Position numbers and translations under genes: made by a program. Of a stretch of 64,000 bases of DNA, positions 52,191-63,900 are shown one piece after another (within the stretch, counting starts at the first letter, position 1; each line of letters begins with the position of its first letter). The DNA is from Chlorokybus atmophyticus. Taxonomy: Eukaryota > Plantae > Mesostigma and Chlorokybus algae. The notes under the pieces were generated by a model. That model did not search any database. It was not told the origin of the DNA and was given only the letters and a program-made list of their open reading frames with translations. The stretch is taken from positions 214,841-278,840 of the forward strand of contig RHPI01002533.1 of assembly GCA_009103225.1 (NCBI GenBank), read 5' to 3'.

Positions 52191-54546
52191 GGTCGAACCA
52201 TGTGCCTGAAGAAAAGAGAATCTCGGATGATATGTGTGTGACATGGGCAACACCCACAAACACAGTCATACAATCGTATGTGCATGTCACGACATCCATC
52301 AAGCAACCAACACGGGTTACAAGGCTCAGAAAGTGTGGTGGCCGGCAAAGCACGCATGCTTGTTGTTACTGTTGGACTGTTATCTGGCATGCATGCACAG
52401 GATGGCACATGACGCGCCCTAGAAACATGCATAGCGCTTGGCTTACCAGTTTAATTAATCCAGCCTGGCAGCATACGCGGCGTGTACGATGGTTTCTCAA
52501 GCCAGTGCCCGCCGCCGCAGCTGCGGCTGCGAAACCCTACAGAAGTGCCAGCTGGCAGGGGGGGGCACACTGACGTGCCATGCTAAAGCAAGCGCCTCCG
52601 CCACACAAGTGCTTCACGTCTTGTACACGCAGCGCAATACAGCAACTGAACTCCAGCCTGCCGCAGCCAGCGCCTTGACCCCGTCAAACCACGACTCCGC
52701 CGCCACCGCCGCCGCCACCGCCGCTGTGACGGCTGCAATGCCTCTCCGCACGTACGCACAGCTTACCAGCAGCAGCAGCAGCGTACCGAGTACAGGACCA
52801 TCATAAGCACTGCGCATCAAGCATTGCCAGCTGGCGGTTCGGCCGTCATCATACCACCGCGCAAAGCATGCAACCATTGGCGTTCATCGGTGGTTCACGT
52901 TTGCTAGTTGTTCGTTTAATGGCGACGGATGCTTTGCAGGCAACCAACCACCAACATTGGACTTGCAATACAGTCTATGGAGGCTCACTTCGCGCTTTCA
53001 CACGCATGCCGCACCAAACACAAATGTTTCTATGCTTTCTCATCTCATGCGGTCTGTGTGCTCCCAACCCTTCTGTGTATGCGCTTTACTAGCGAAAACC
53101 CGTTTTCATGTGCAAATGTGAGGTGGTTGATCATAAGAGGTGGGAGAAGAAAGGAGAAGGAGGGACTTGCCCTTGAAAATTATGTAATGACGCATTTGTA
53201 TGTCACGACTTGTAACACGATGGCCAGTACAAGCATGCATGATCAGAGCTTCAGTGCATGACTAACCACTAACTCAGCTGTCGTTACTGACTGGGTTTGC
53301 TGCTGCTAACTGAGCTAGTACATGCGTTGCTGTGCATAATTACCTTGCTGGACAACGGTAACCATATTAGCCTGTAGCCATGCCACACAAGACTCACAAC
53401 AGCTTTGGCGGGTCTTACCACGCGCAGCGTAAAACTACTACAACAGCATGGCCGGCCGCCATAGCCACAGCATTCGCACTGCAGAACAGCACTCCCCTCC
53501 GCCACACCTTCGCCCCCTTCCTGCTGCTATTGCTGTTGCTGTTGTTGTTGAGCGAGGAGGCAAGCAAGACTAGACCATGGCATATGTGCGCACAGGTGTG
53601 CTTGCACTTCTTTCCTTTCCTATCCCCTGCCCTGCTGCTGCTGCTAACCCCGCCCCAACCCACAGCATCCGCACTTAGTTACAGCACGCAATTTGTTTAG
53701 GCCCTGGCCCAAGTAATTGAAGTGCCCTTATTGTCTGAGCTGCTGGTGTGCTTGGGTGTGTGCTTGGATTGTACTTGCACCTTCGTGATTGAAAAGCCTA
53801 TGCAATGTCACGCCTAAAAAGCAAGGCTTTATCCCTCTCAGCTTCTATTATCGCAGCTGAGACATGATGTTGCGACATATGACATCATGATTGTATGGGA
53901 GTTCAACTGCTTAGGTGTGTGCAGTACCCAAGTGCTTTGCTCATACACTCAGACCTTCAGCTCATGAGCCTTGGGCATGATGAACTGTGCAAGGCAGTGA
54001 TAATCAGCTGGCACAGAGCTGAGTAGTGTGAGCATGCGTATGTTCACAATGCAAGACACTGTCACACTGTGGCAAGCGTCATACACAGTACGGTGTACTG
54101 TACATGCTATTGTATACAGCAATATAGCGCCACATGTTGTGAGCGCTCGCATGCAGAGTTTAACAACTTATGCAAGTGTGTGACAAGTAGTGTGATGTGT
54201 GGTTCTTATCATGCATGTACATTGGGTGTACATGCTTGTAAGCCAGTAAGTATGCACATGTGAAGTGCAGCTGCATGTCACATCAAGCATTAGCAACGAT
54301 GTGACATACATGGCATATGGCATGGTGTGACCTCACAGGGTGAGTCACATTAAGTGTCTAGCCTGTTGCCATGGCCGTTCAAGCACTGTGCAGTGCTTGA
54401 CGTCAAGTGAATGGTCAGCACACGTCCCCGAAAGGCATATGTATGCTCCTTGAGGTAAACGTGTTTGCCCAATTGGGAAGGCAGCTAGAAGGGGATCTAG
54501 ACAGCTATGCTGTATCAGCCTGCCTGTGGACGGGCTTAAGGGCGTT

Positions 54547-54595
54547 AACACGCCAAGGTAAGGACAACTATTAGTTGTCCTTACCTTGGCGTGTT
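54547..54595. repeat. Perfect palindrome with 24-bp arms and 1-nt centre
   Basis: aacacgccaaggtaaggacaacta-t-tagttgtccttaccttggcgtgtt. Confidence 0.95.
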
Positions 54596-55821
54596 GTTGT
54601 GCACGTTAGGGATGACGGTGGCAATGTTGTGCATGCCTTGGCTGAGCGTTAGGTTCCAAGGTTCCACGACCTATTGGGTGTGGGGTATTAAGTACCCGGT
54701 ACCTAGTGTTACCGTTAAAGAAGCCTTCCCCCGCCCTATGCTACGTGGGTGCTTGTGTAAGAGGTGTGGGAGCTAAGTAGGAGCTGCCAAGTGAGCTTAA
54801 CACCGTTGTGGACGCTTCAAGGTCATCTACAAGTTGCACCATGAAGCTCTCACGGTTTCAGATTCCAAGGGAGCATGTTCTTTAGCCTACCTTTGCCTAC
54901 CGATGTGCACAGCTATGCACATCTCCCTGTCCGTTAAGGGAGCACTGTGCGTGTGATAATAAGCATGGTAGACATGTGTGTTTCCATTGTGTGCAGACTT
55001 GTGCACATGGTCATGTATGGTTCACGTGTGAAGTTCACATTATGAACGGTCCCATGCACATGCACGATGAGCATGAGTCATGTACTTATGCTTCATAGCA
55101 TGCGTTGAGAGTTGAAAAGACAGGGTACTGGTGGGCACAGTGTTACAACTTGTAGTTGCATTGATTTCTTCCTTCGAAACATTGTGCGGTGTGGTTTCAT
55201 ACGCACGTCATTGGCCGTGTGCCCTATTAATTATGAGGGTTGCAGCCATAGTCTAGCAGCAATGCCTGCAAATAGTGCACAATCGCCTGGGAATGTAACA
55301 ATTTAATGTATCATCTTAATATTGACTTCCTTCATTTATACACCGGTCATCCCATTGATGCGCGCGCCAAAGTTACATGCACACTATGTTATGTAATACA
55401 TAAATTTATTTATATATGCTTAGATATTTACATGACTGCATGCATGTATACAAGATATATTTATACTGCATATTTATAATACATACTCGCAACTTCGTGC
55501 ACGTCATGGTAATCCTTTTTATTGCACAGACAGCGCCTTACAGCTTAATGTGGATTGCACAGACAGCTCCTTACAGCCTAATTGACAGCCCGGCTGTCAT
55601 TTAGCCGCCGACCATTTGCGGCTGTCCAGCTGTCGGTGCATTTTCCGACAGTCGAGGCGGCCTGTCAATAACTTCAAAGTTACGTTATATTTGTAATACG
55701 GACCAGCAAAGTCACTGGTCCGTGCCGGTTTATGTATGGTTCGGGACGAATATGGTACGGTGCGCAAGCCGCAGGTCCGCAGACCCGTACCTGGTTCGCT
55801 ATGAACCAGCGTGACTAACTA

Positions 55822-56121
55822 CAGTCTACCCCCGTTATAAGAATAAACAATACAGTAACCATACAATACAATATATGACCATAATGATTGAATTTTATAT
55901 AGTTATTCAAATATCAACAAGACAATCATGCCATTAACAAGGTATTCCCCTGTTACAAGACTGAGCCCATATTAATTTTCAAGCCTTCTCTTTGGTCTTA
56001 TTACGTACAAGACTATCCACTAACCGAAGATTATTGCCTGTAAAACCATTGGTCTTTTAACAATCCATGATCTTAGCGGGGTTATTTCCTTAAAGCGAAG
56101 TCTTTAAACGGGGGTAGACTG
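55822..56121. mobile_element. 300-bp pogo/Tigger-type MITE
   Basis: 15-bp perfect TIR cagtctacccccgtt / aacgggggtagactg, TA on both sides, AT-rich interior. Confidence 0.9.
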
Positions 56122-56396
56122 TAGTCCGTGCCGCACCATGTATGGTGCGACACGGACCATACGTGGTGCGCCCCAGCGCACCATGTACATGCGTACAGTC
56201 TACCCCCGTTCAAAGACTTCGGTTTGAAAAAATAATCCCGCTACGATTGTAGAACATAAAAAGACCAATCGCTTTACAGGCAAATGTCTTCAATTAGCAA
56301 TAGCATTGTACGTAATAAGACTAATGTTACCGCATGAAAAAACCAATCATCATAAGCTCTTATCGGAGTAGCAGTTCTGTGCGCAAGGGCACAAGC

Positions 56397-56898
56397 TGTA
56401 ACAATTGGGGCCCGACCACTAGGCTATGGTAGCAAAAGACACTACCATGAGTGAGGTCTGTCACAATTTATTTTCCAATTCGTGACATTCCTCCCCAATT
56501 TAACCCATCAGTTTCTCATAATCCGATAAGGCACTAGCCCACGTCGCCGCGTACGGCCGTACCACGATCGGTCTGCCTGCGACCTGTTGGATCCGGCCCA
56601 AGAACGGTCCTGATCGACTGAACGGCCATCCTCACCGCGCGACCTGCCATTGCAGCGCGACCGCTCACGCGGCCTTAGGTTGAACTGGCTCGGCGCGCAG
56701 GTCGTGATCCCGCGCCCAGCCTCGGGCAAGCCGCCCCAAATGTTTTTGCGTTGGATCTGCCTCAGTTCCCTACGGGAATTGAACCTGAGACATCAAGCTC
56801 CGTTACCATTGTAACAATTGGGGCCCGACCACTAGGCTATGGTAGCAAAAGACACTACCATGAGTGAGGTCTGTCACAACTTATCCCAATTCGTGACA
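56397..56898 (-). mobile_element. TRIM (terminal-repeat retrotransposon in miniature), 502 bp
   Basis: LTRs 56397-56487 and 56810-56898 (TG…CA; first ~70 bp identical), TSD CAAGC (56392-56396 / 56899-56903), PBS TGGTAACGGAGC (56797-56808, - strand), PPT tggggaggaa (56488-56497, - strand). Confidence 0.93.
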
Positions 56899-57218
56899 CA
56901 AGCAAGCACTTGTACTCTTGTGCCGTTGTGCCCATGCAAGTGCTCTTTGCCTTACGCTGCAAACCCACAGTTGCAGGACACACTGGTCGCCGTGGAGGAG
57001 CGGTAAGATGAGGCGGCGGCGCGAGGGGCGGCGGCGGCGGCGGCGGCAGCAAGTGGTTTAGTTAGTTTTAAATAGACGCCTTGGTGCAGGGGACGGCTAT
57101 TTAGGCGCTGAAGGGCTTCTGCTGAGGTGTGTGCATTGTGTTCATGCGCGTGTGTGTTTGTGTATGGTTGAGACTGTTCGTGTGGATTAAGGACAATTTA
57201 TGCGTCTTGCAGGCTATC

Positions 57219-58020
57219 ATGTCCGCACCACAGCCAGTCAAGCGCACCAACATCACACTCAAGGACAAAAAACGCAATCTAAAATTGGATGATGAGTTGT
57301 GTGAGACCACAAACGTGAGGCAAGCGGACTTCATTGCTAGCATTAAAAGCAATTTGAAGTTGGATATTAAACAGAGTGCGTTGCCCAAGTTGTTAAACAA
57401 CCGTAACATAGTGGACACTCTAGCCCAAGGTGGTAATTTTGCTTCGAGTACTAAGCATATGCGGCTTGCGGCACATCCGAAGTTGGAGGACGCCTTGTAT
57501 GCATGCATTTACACAAGCACGGGCTCGCAACCTCACCGTCACAGACACCATATTGATAGAAAAGGGCCTAGACTTTGCTAGCAAGTTAAACATAGAAGAT
57601 ATTAATGCATCGCATGGTGGGTAGATCGGTTCAACAAATGTCATGGCATCTCCGCCAAAGCACTGCACAGTGAGGCTAATAATGCAGACGAAGATGGAGT
57701 TGACATGGCTCGAGCTGACTTGCCCGAAATCCTCAAAGAGTACGGTGCTGCCAACACCCTCTACATGGACGAGAGCGGCGTTTTCTACCGTGCTCGTCCA
57801 CGTTGCTCGTTGGTCGCTGAAAATGAAGATGCTAAGGGGGGGGAAGAAAGAGAAGGATAGATTTGCAGTGGCGTTGTGTGTGAATGCGGATGGCTCCGAG
57901 AAGTTTCCACTTCTTCTCATTGGCACATCCAAGCGCCCAAGGTCCTTTGGCAGCACATGGACTCCTATACGCATTGGTGTTGAGTAATACAACAACAAGA
58001 AAGCTTAGATGAACGCGGAG
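57219..58020 (+). pseudogene. CENP-B/Tigger-like (HTH_Tnp_Tc5 + DDE_1) transposase pseudogene
   Basis: KRTNITLKDK, HPKLEDALY, ASHGG*IDRF, LYMDESGVFY, GGKKEKDRFAVALCVNADGSEKFPLLLIGTSKRPRSF, YNNKKA*M. Frameshifts and stops present. Confidence 0.9.
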
Positions 58021-58862
58021 GTAAGATGTTTGTAAGTGTTGTAGGGTTGAAGGGTTTATGTAATCACCGGTAATTTTGAGACCCCCGAATTTATGAAAAT
58101 TCATGGCAAACGCACTGAAGATTCGTTTGATTTACCGTTTCAGCTTTTTATCGAGTGAATATTCAAGTGTTTGCATACATTCTGTGCGATCCCTGCCAAA
58201 ACGAAATCGCGACATTCACATATAAATCGCGTGAATATCCACACGATAAATCAATGCCACCTTTCAAAACCCATATACCTCGTATATTCAGTTGAAATCG
58301 ATTGAATGTTCAGGGGCATGCAATTGTGAATGGACACAGCATGTGCTCTACTAAATATTCAGCTATACATTGCCTGAACATTCATGAAGGGGCATAAGCT
58401 TGTGGCTATAACAGACAGCTTAAACTCACCAAGTCCCAACTGCCTGTGAGTAATAGATTGATTTGCTTGTCACACATGTATATTCATAACCTTCATCAGT
58501 TTCATGCCACAGATGTGAGTGAACATTCAACAACAATCTAAAACTACGCAATACGATTCACACTAAGTCCTTGCTTTGAGTGAATTTTCAACACCATTCC
58601 AAAATCAAGCAATACGTTTTGCACTAACTCCTAGCTATGAGTGAATATTCAACCCCACACGAATAAACATATACTCTCATTTTGGCCAAGTCCCGAATGT
58701 GATTGAAAGCCAAGTAGACTGCACTGCTAATTCTAATATACAGTCTAGTATATGTCAAAGCCAGAGTTGCTCAGCAATTCTACACAGCTGGTTTGAGTTG
58801 ATGGTGGGGGACAGCTCTGATATGGACTACAGCACTGCTATGCTACACACCACCTGCTACTA

Positions 58863-60926
58863 CTAGCTCAACTCATGTCTTTGCTGTGCTAACATACTGT
58901 CCATGAGTGTTCGCAATCGTCTTCTCAACCTGTCTACCATTTGAGGATGAAACCAACTCCTTTGCATCTGCACACAACCACACAGCAATACCATGTGGTT
59001 ACCAAGCACGTGTCGGCCTACAGGACAGTGCCATTGAAGCACCTTCCACTTGTAAACATTGCAATGCACATGCATGAACTGTACCTGTTGAAATATCCGT
59101 GCAATTGGGTCAATTGGACCAGCTTGTACCCCATCTATAAACTTGTCAAGATAAAGCATGACAAACAACCCGCACGCAACTCCATCCTTTTGCTGAGGGA
59201 CCTGCACAAACATGTGTCAATGCTTGCAAACCAAATGCATGTGCATGCATCCAATCAGTGCTTGTGACAGAATGCATGCAAACTCATCACTAGTGCAATG
59301 CAACGTGTGCTACCTGTGGTACAAGAAGCTGTACGTTTTCGGGAGAGAAGCGTCGTTGTGAGTCACTTCCATGCTTTCTGCCCCACATGTAGTCAAGGTA
59401 AGCGCACATAGGTCCATCAACGTTGCGATGCAGGCCAAGGGAGTCGAAATGGACGAGTAAAGGCGGCGTGTCACTTCCAAGTTGGCCTCCAGGATTGCAC
59501 ACAAGCAGCAGACTCCAGTGAGTCCTGTGTACACAATGAAAATAATTCCAGTTTGCAAATACAGCAGCAATTCAGCAAGATACTCTTGGCGCTTATTCTC
59601 ACCGCGTGTCAGGGTTACTCCGAGCAAGTCCTTGGCAAACGGATCACTCTCCCACCCGTCTATCTTGTGATTGCTCGTGTGCCAGTCATTTTGTCTATGG
59701 CAGCGCACGATCTTGGTGCAAAAATGCGGGTGGAACAGCTTCACCTGAATGCCATCTGCTCTGCCTAAGATTTCCTCTTCCTTGTATCTGCATGTGCATC
59801 CCACATACATATATGATACACAAATAACACAAACGCAACAAATCACATACCTGCAAAAGAAGCGGAGGATATGGTCATTGAGCTCTTGTCTGCCATCCAG
59901 CAACCTCCTGTCCGTTTTAAGCACTGGCACCGCATCACGCGCACTTGCACTAGGGTAAATGAACAGTGGTTGCGGTGTTGACGGCTGCGGGTTGCTGACT
60001 GGATCGTCCAGCACCATGATATCATCATCGCTGCCCACGAGGTCCACAACTGCCGCAGACGTCGTGGGTTGCTGATTACAACCCTCTTCGTCTTCATCGT
60101 CAACTTCCATCGTGACTGCCTCTGCAACCATAAATGGTTCAATTCGGCAAGAACCACAACGCAAATCAACAAGCTCAAGCACACAGCAGCTTACCATCGT
60201 TAGCCTCATCCCCACTCTCTTCAATGTGTTGAACCCCACTCTGCACAGGTTGTGAAACCCTACCGCAACTGCCCGGCAGAGAACGACGAGCAAGGCTCTC
60301 CCTTGGGAGCTGCGCTGGAGCACCACCTTCTTCGTACGCAGCGCATCGCGAGCACGTAATCTCAACCATGCTACCCACAGCGTGCTGTCGACAGAGGCTG
60401 TTTGGACACGTCGCGCAGACTTGAAAAGCTGCTTCGCTGCAGTTCTTCACATGGCACCTGTGTTTTGGATCAGTACAAGTGATGATGGTTCTAAGAGTGA
60501 AGTTCCTCACAACAAGATGCCAAGCATTTGCTGCAATGAAGTCCACTTACTCATGCCTTGGGCACTCCCAATATTCATCCTCCACAGGTGGCATAGAGAC
60601 ACAGTGCGCGTGGTAGCTTTTCCAGCAACCTTCCACATCGCAGCCAGATATAGTGCCCCCATCCTTGCAAACAAAGCAGTAGTCTTCATGTTCCCGATGT
60701 TCCAACGCATCCAGCTCCAGTCTCGGTCTCATCCTGTGAACAAAGGTTCAGTGGCCAGGTCTACAGTCTCACAGTAGGGATATGAGGCATCACAATCGCA
60801 AACAGTACCTTTTGTACTCAAAATGCCAGTCGCGGCGTGTGGTCCATGACACCTCGCTCGAGGCGCTATTGGTTTCGCTTTGGGCACCCTGCACCAAGTG
60901 CACAAGATAATTGTATGTGATGCCAA
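58863..60926 (-). CDS. NSD-type PHD + C5HCH zinc fingers linked to a Ulp2/SENP6-7-like C48 SUMO protease; spliced, 5' end uncertain
   Basis: EHEDYCFVCKDGG…CDVEGCWKSYHAHC…WECPRH|ECHVKNCSEAAFQVCATCPNSLCRQH (in-phase splice), then ELNDHILRFF, LFHPHFCTK, HWSLLLVCNP, VHFDSL, PQQKDGVACGLFV (His-Asp-Cys catalytic triad present). Confidence 0.8.
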
Positions 60927-60949
60927 AACCTAGGATATATGAGGACATC

Positions 60950-63900
60950 CAGATTCTAATGGACAATGTTGTTAACTCTCCTCTTACCGGAGTGTCCCGG
61001 TGCATGCCTCGACGCATGAGACTGCGCCTGTCTTTAACAAGCGCTACTGTTACTTTGTTGTCATGGGGATCAATTCTCTCAAACCACTGGCCCTTGACCT
61101 GCCAGCAAGAAGGGATATTCATCAGCCATTTTCATACTATAATTTCAATTTACTATCATCACACCAAGCACACGCCAAAACGATTGCAACACAGCCACTT
61201 ACCAGGTTGCAATCAAGGTAGGTTTATTCTGCAAAGCGGGGCTTGTCTTTTCTTAGGATTGCAAATCCTCCACTGTGCTGGACTTGGTTGCTCATGTACC
61301 ACCTAGCTTTGAGCAGCTGGTGCTCCCGACCAGCTATCACCACAACATAAACAGATTGCACCCTGCCATACCAATGGATCTTCTTGGTTGGGTCATCTGA
61401 GTCACGCCCAACGGTAAACACGCCACAGTCCATGGTGCGGAGTTTCTTCTCCATTTCCTCTGCTCTGAATTGACCGATGTCCTTGTAGCGTGCTTTGAAG
61501 TATCGCTTGGTGTACTTTGGAAAGATTGGACCGCTTAACAGCTCCATCTCGTGCTTTGTAAGCTCCCTAGCAGGTCCACGCCAGTGATGCAGCTCAGTCA
61601 TATGCTCCATGTCCTTTGCCACAACATGTCCTTGTTTTTGAGCCCTTTCCCTTGCCATTCTGCGTTTGTTCACCTCCCGACTGAACTCTCTGTGTAGCAG
61701 CAACCCATAAATAAATCATACTGTCTGCGCGTTGGACATCACGTACAAAACAGCAACTCCCAAAGCAACTTACTCTTTTAACAGCCTGTATTCATCGTCA
61801 TTTTCAGCCAACCACCACTCGAGCTCCTGCCTTGTCTTACTATCTTTATCCCCAACCCCAATACGGTGTCTCCGTCCGCAGAGCACATAGTCGTCATCAT
61901 CTCGTTGCTTGCCCGATCGCAAACTGATGTTGGAGAAAAGTTGCTTCAAGGTGTCCATGTAAGTGTTCAGCATGAGATGGATAGAGTATATACGCAGATG
62001 CAACTGGCACTTGAACAAGGCAAACAATGTGGAAAGTTTGCACGTAACTCTCAGTGGGCTCATACAAAACTTGCCTTTTGCAGATGCTTGCTTCCACATG
62101 CTGCCTTGCAAATATCATGCGCTTCACCCACTGCATAAAGCGTTCATGTGCCCACTCCCAGTGGTCACGCGTCGGACCAAGCCACATGCACTGCTCTGGT
62201 AGATGGCCAAGGAGGTGCAGCATCATTGTGAGAGAAGTTTGCGGGAAGAACAGCTCCACTTCAGACTGTGCCTCATGCACCAGCACCTGCAGCAAGTAAT
62301 AAGCTATGCATGCTATAGAAGCTGGGCATGCAGAGTAAAGTGTTATTAAAGCCAACCTTCAATTCTTCGAGGTGTGACTGCTTTACTTCCAATGCAGTCA
62401 GCCGTTGATAGATGTCGCATAGTTTGAAGATGATTCTCTTCTGATCTTCTCTAATGTCGTGTGCAGAGCGCAGCACGTACTGAAAAACGACCGACCATAA
62501 GTTGTGCTTGTCGTGCAATTTCATCGAGCCTGCATGCTCCATGTCAAAAGTTTCATGCATGGTAAATCATTGCTTTAGCGTAAACACAAAACATATAACG
62601 GCTATCTCACCTAAATGCTTTGTGAAAGACCGCAGTTTCGAGCTGAAAGTGCTTGAAACCCTCACGCCGGAGAGCAATTGCTCAACCAGTCCTACATCTG
62701 TGATTGTCCATGGAGCCTGGGGTTTTACCTTGACTGCGACTTCCTTTCCATCCTTCATCTTCATCGCTGTCTGCAGCACATAGGTTCAAGTCCTTAGTTA
62801 AATCCAACTATGGCACATGTCAACGAGGCCGACTATATACGTACCTCTAGCCAGAGTTCAGGCATGCGGCCTTGCTGCTGCAGATCTTCTCGTGATTCGA
62901 TGCTGTCGCGCAAGCCAGCTAGAAGATTTGCAAAGTTGATTGCCAGGTTGGCAAAAATGTGCATAGGGCCAACCACATGACCTTTGACAGATTTTTGTAA
63001 CGGTAGCCAATATGGAAGGTCGTGAAAACAGCTCAGTCCAAGGATGCCGGAGGTCTTTGATGGATGTCTCTTGGAGTGCAGTGGACGCTTGGTGTTGCGA
63101 GATGTCATAGCATACCTAATCACATGGCATCCATTGCTGACATACCTATGTTCTGCAACCGAATGCGCAATTAATTGAGATTGCTCACCTGTACACGCTC
63201 TCTGCAGTCCGCATGGGTGGTGGAGGTCTGTCTTCTGGTTGCGGCCAACGCTCATCAACTCTGTAAGGATGGTCATCTAGTAGGTATTGGCGGTGGCCTT
63301 GATAGATCACCTTTTTGAGAAGTTCCACATGTTCTCCACTGCACTCGCACTTTGAACAGCCAAAGATGGCTCCATGCGCCATCTGCAAGGCAGCTTTTGC
63401 CAGAGCTGCGCAACCAACATGATGTACTTCAGTAGCCACAACCATGGTTGCAAGGATAGTCCGATATACAGATACAGTCAGACACTGATAACAGTAAGTG
63501 CAAACACTGCTGCTGCTTGCGTACCTGGGTAATCATGGATTACAATCTCCAGAATAGATCTGCAACGAAAAACTGCATCGCGGTGGCTGTCATATATGTC
63601 CATACCTACAACAAATGCTAGCAAATTACATGCCTCAGTCATGCGCATTTGTCAAGCATGACTGCAGTAATGGAAGCTGCTTATCCTAGCTGCGTTGAAA
63701 CCATACCTTCCCAGAGATCTCCCAACTGGTCAATAATTGGCTTGAGATAAGCCTGAAGATTCTCTGGCTGTATGGGTCCAAGAATTACAGCAAGAAGAAA
63801 TGTAGTGTCTGTCTTGTGCATCTTGGTAATGGGCAGGTTCAACACTGAGATTATGACAACCCAAAACTTATAGTTCCCTGCAACTCAACAAACCCTTTGC

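Larger units (their letters stand above)
56196..58064 (+). mobile_element. Degenerate pogo/Tigger DNA transposon; left end only, interrupted by a TRIM and cut by the CACTA terminus
   Basis: Starts TA-cagtctacccccgtt. Its first ~130 bp are homologous to the reverse complement of the MITE right arm. Encodes a Tigger-like transposase. No right TIR before 58065. Confidence 0.75.

Noticed and set aside
52560-52880. Hydrophobic 87-aa ORF on the - strand
   Set aside because: Built largely on (GCC)n/(CAG)n microsatellites; no splice link to the transporter established.
54600-54612. gttaggg as a telomerase RNA template (ccctaac on the - strand)
   Set aside because: Only 7 nt, short of the ~1.5 repeats expected, with no Pol III promoter or terminator recognised.
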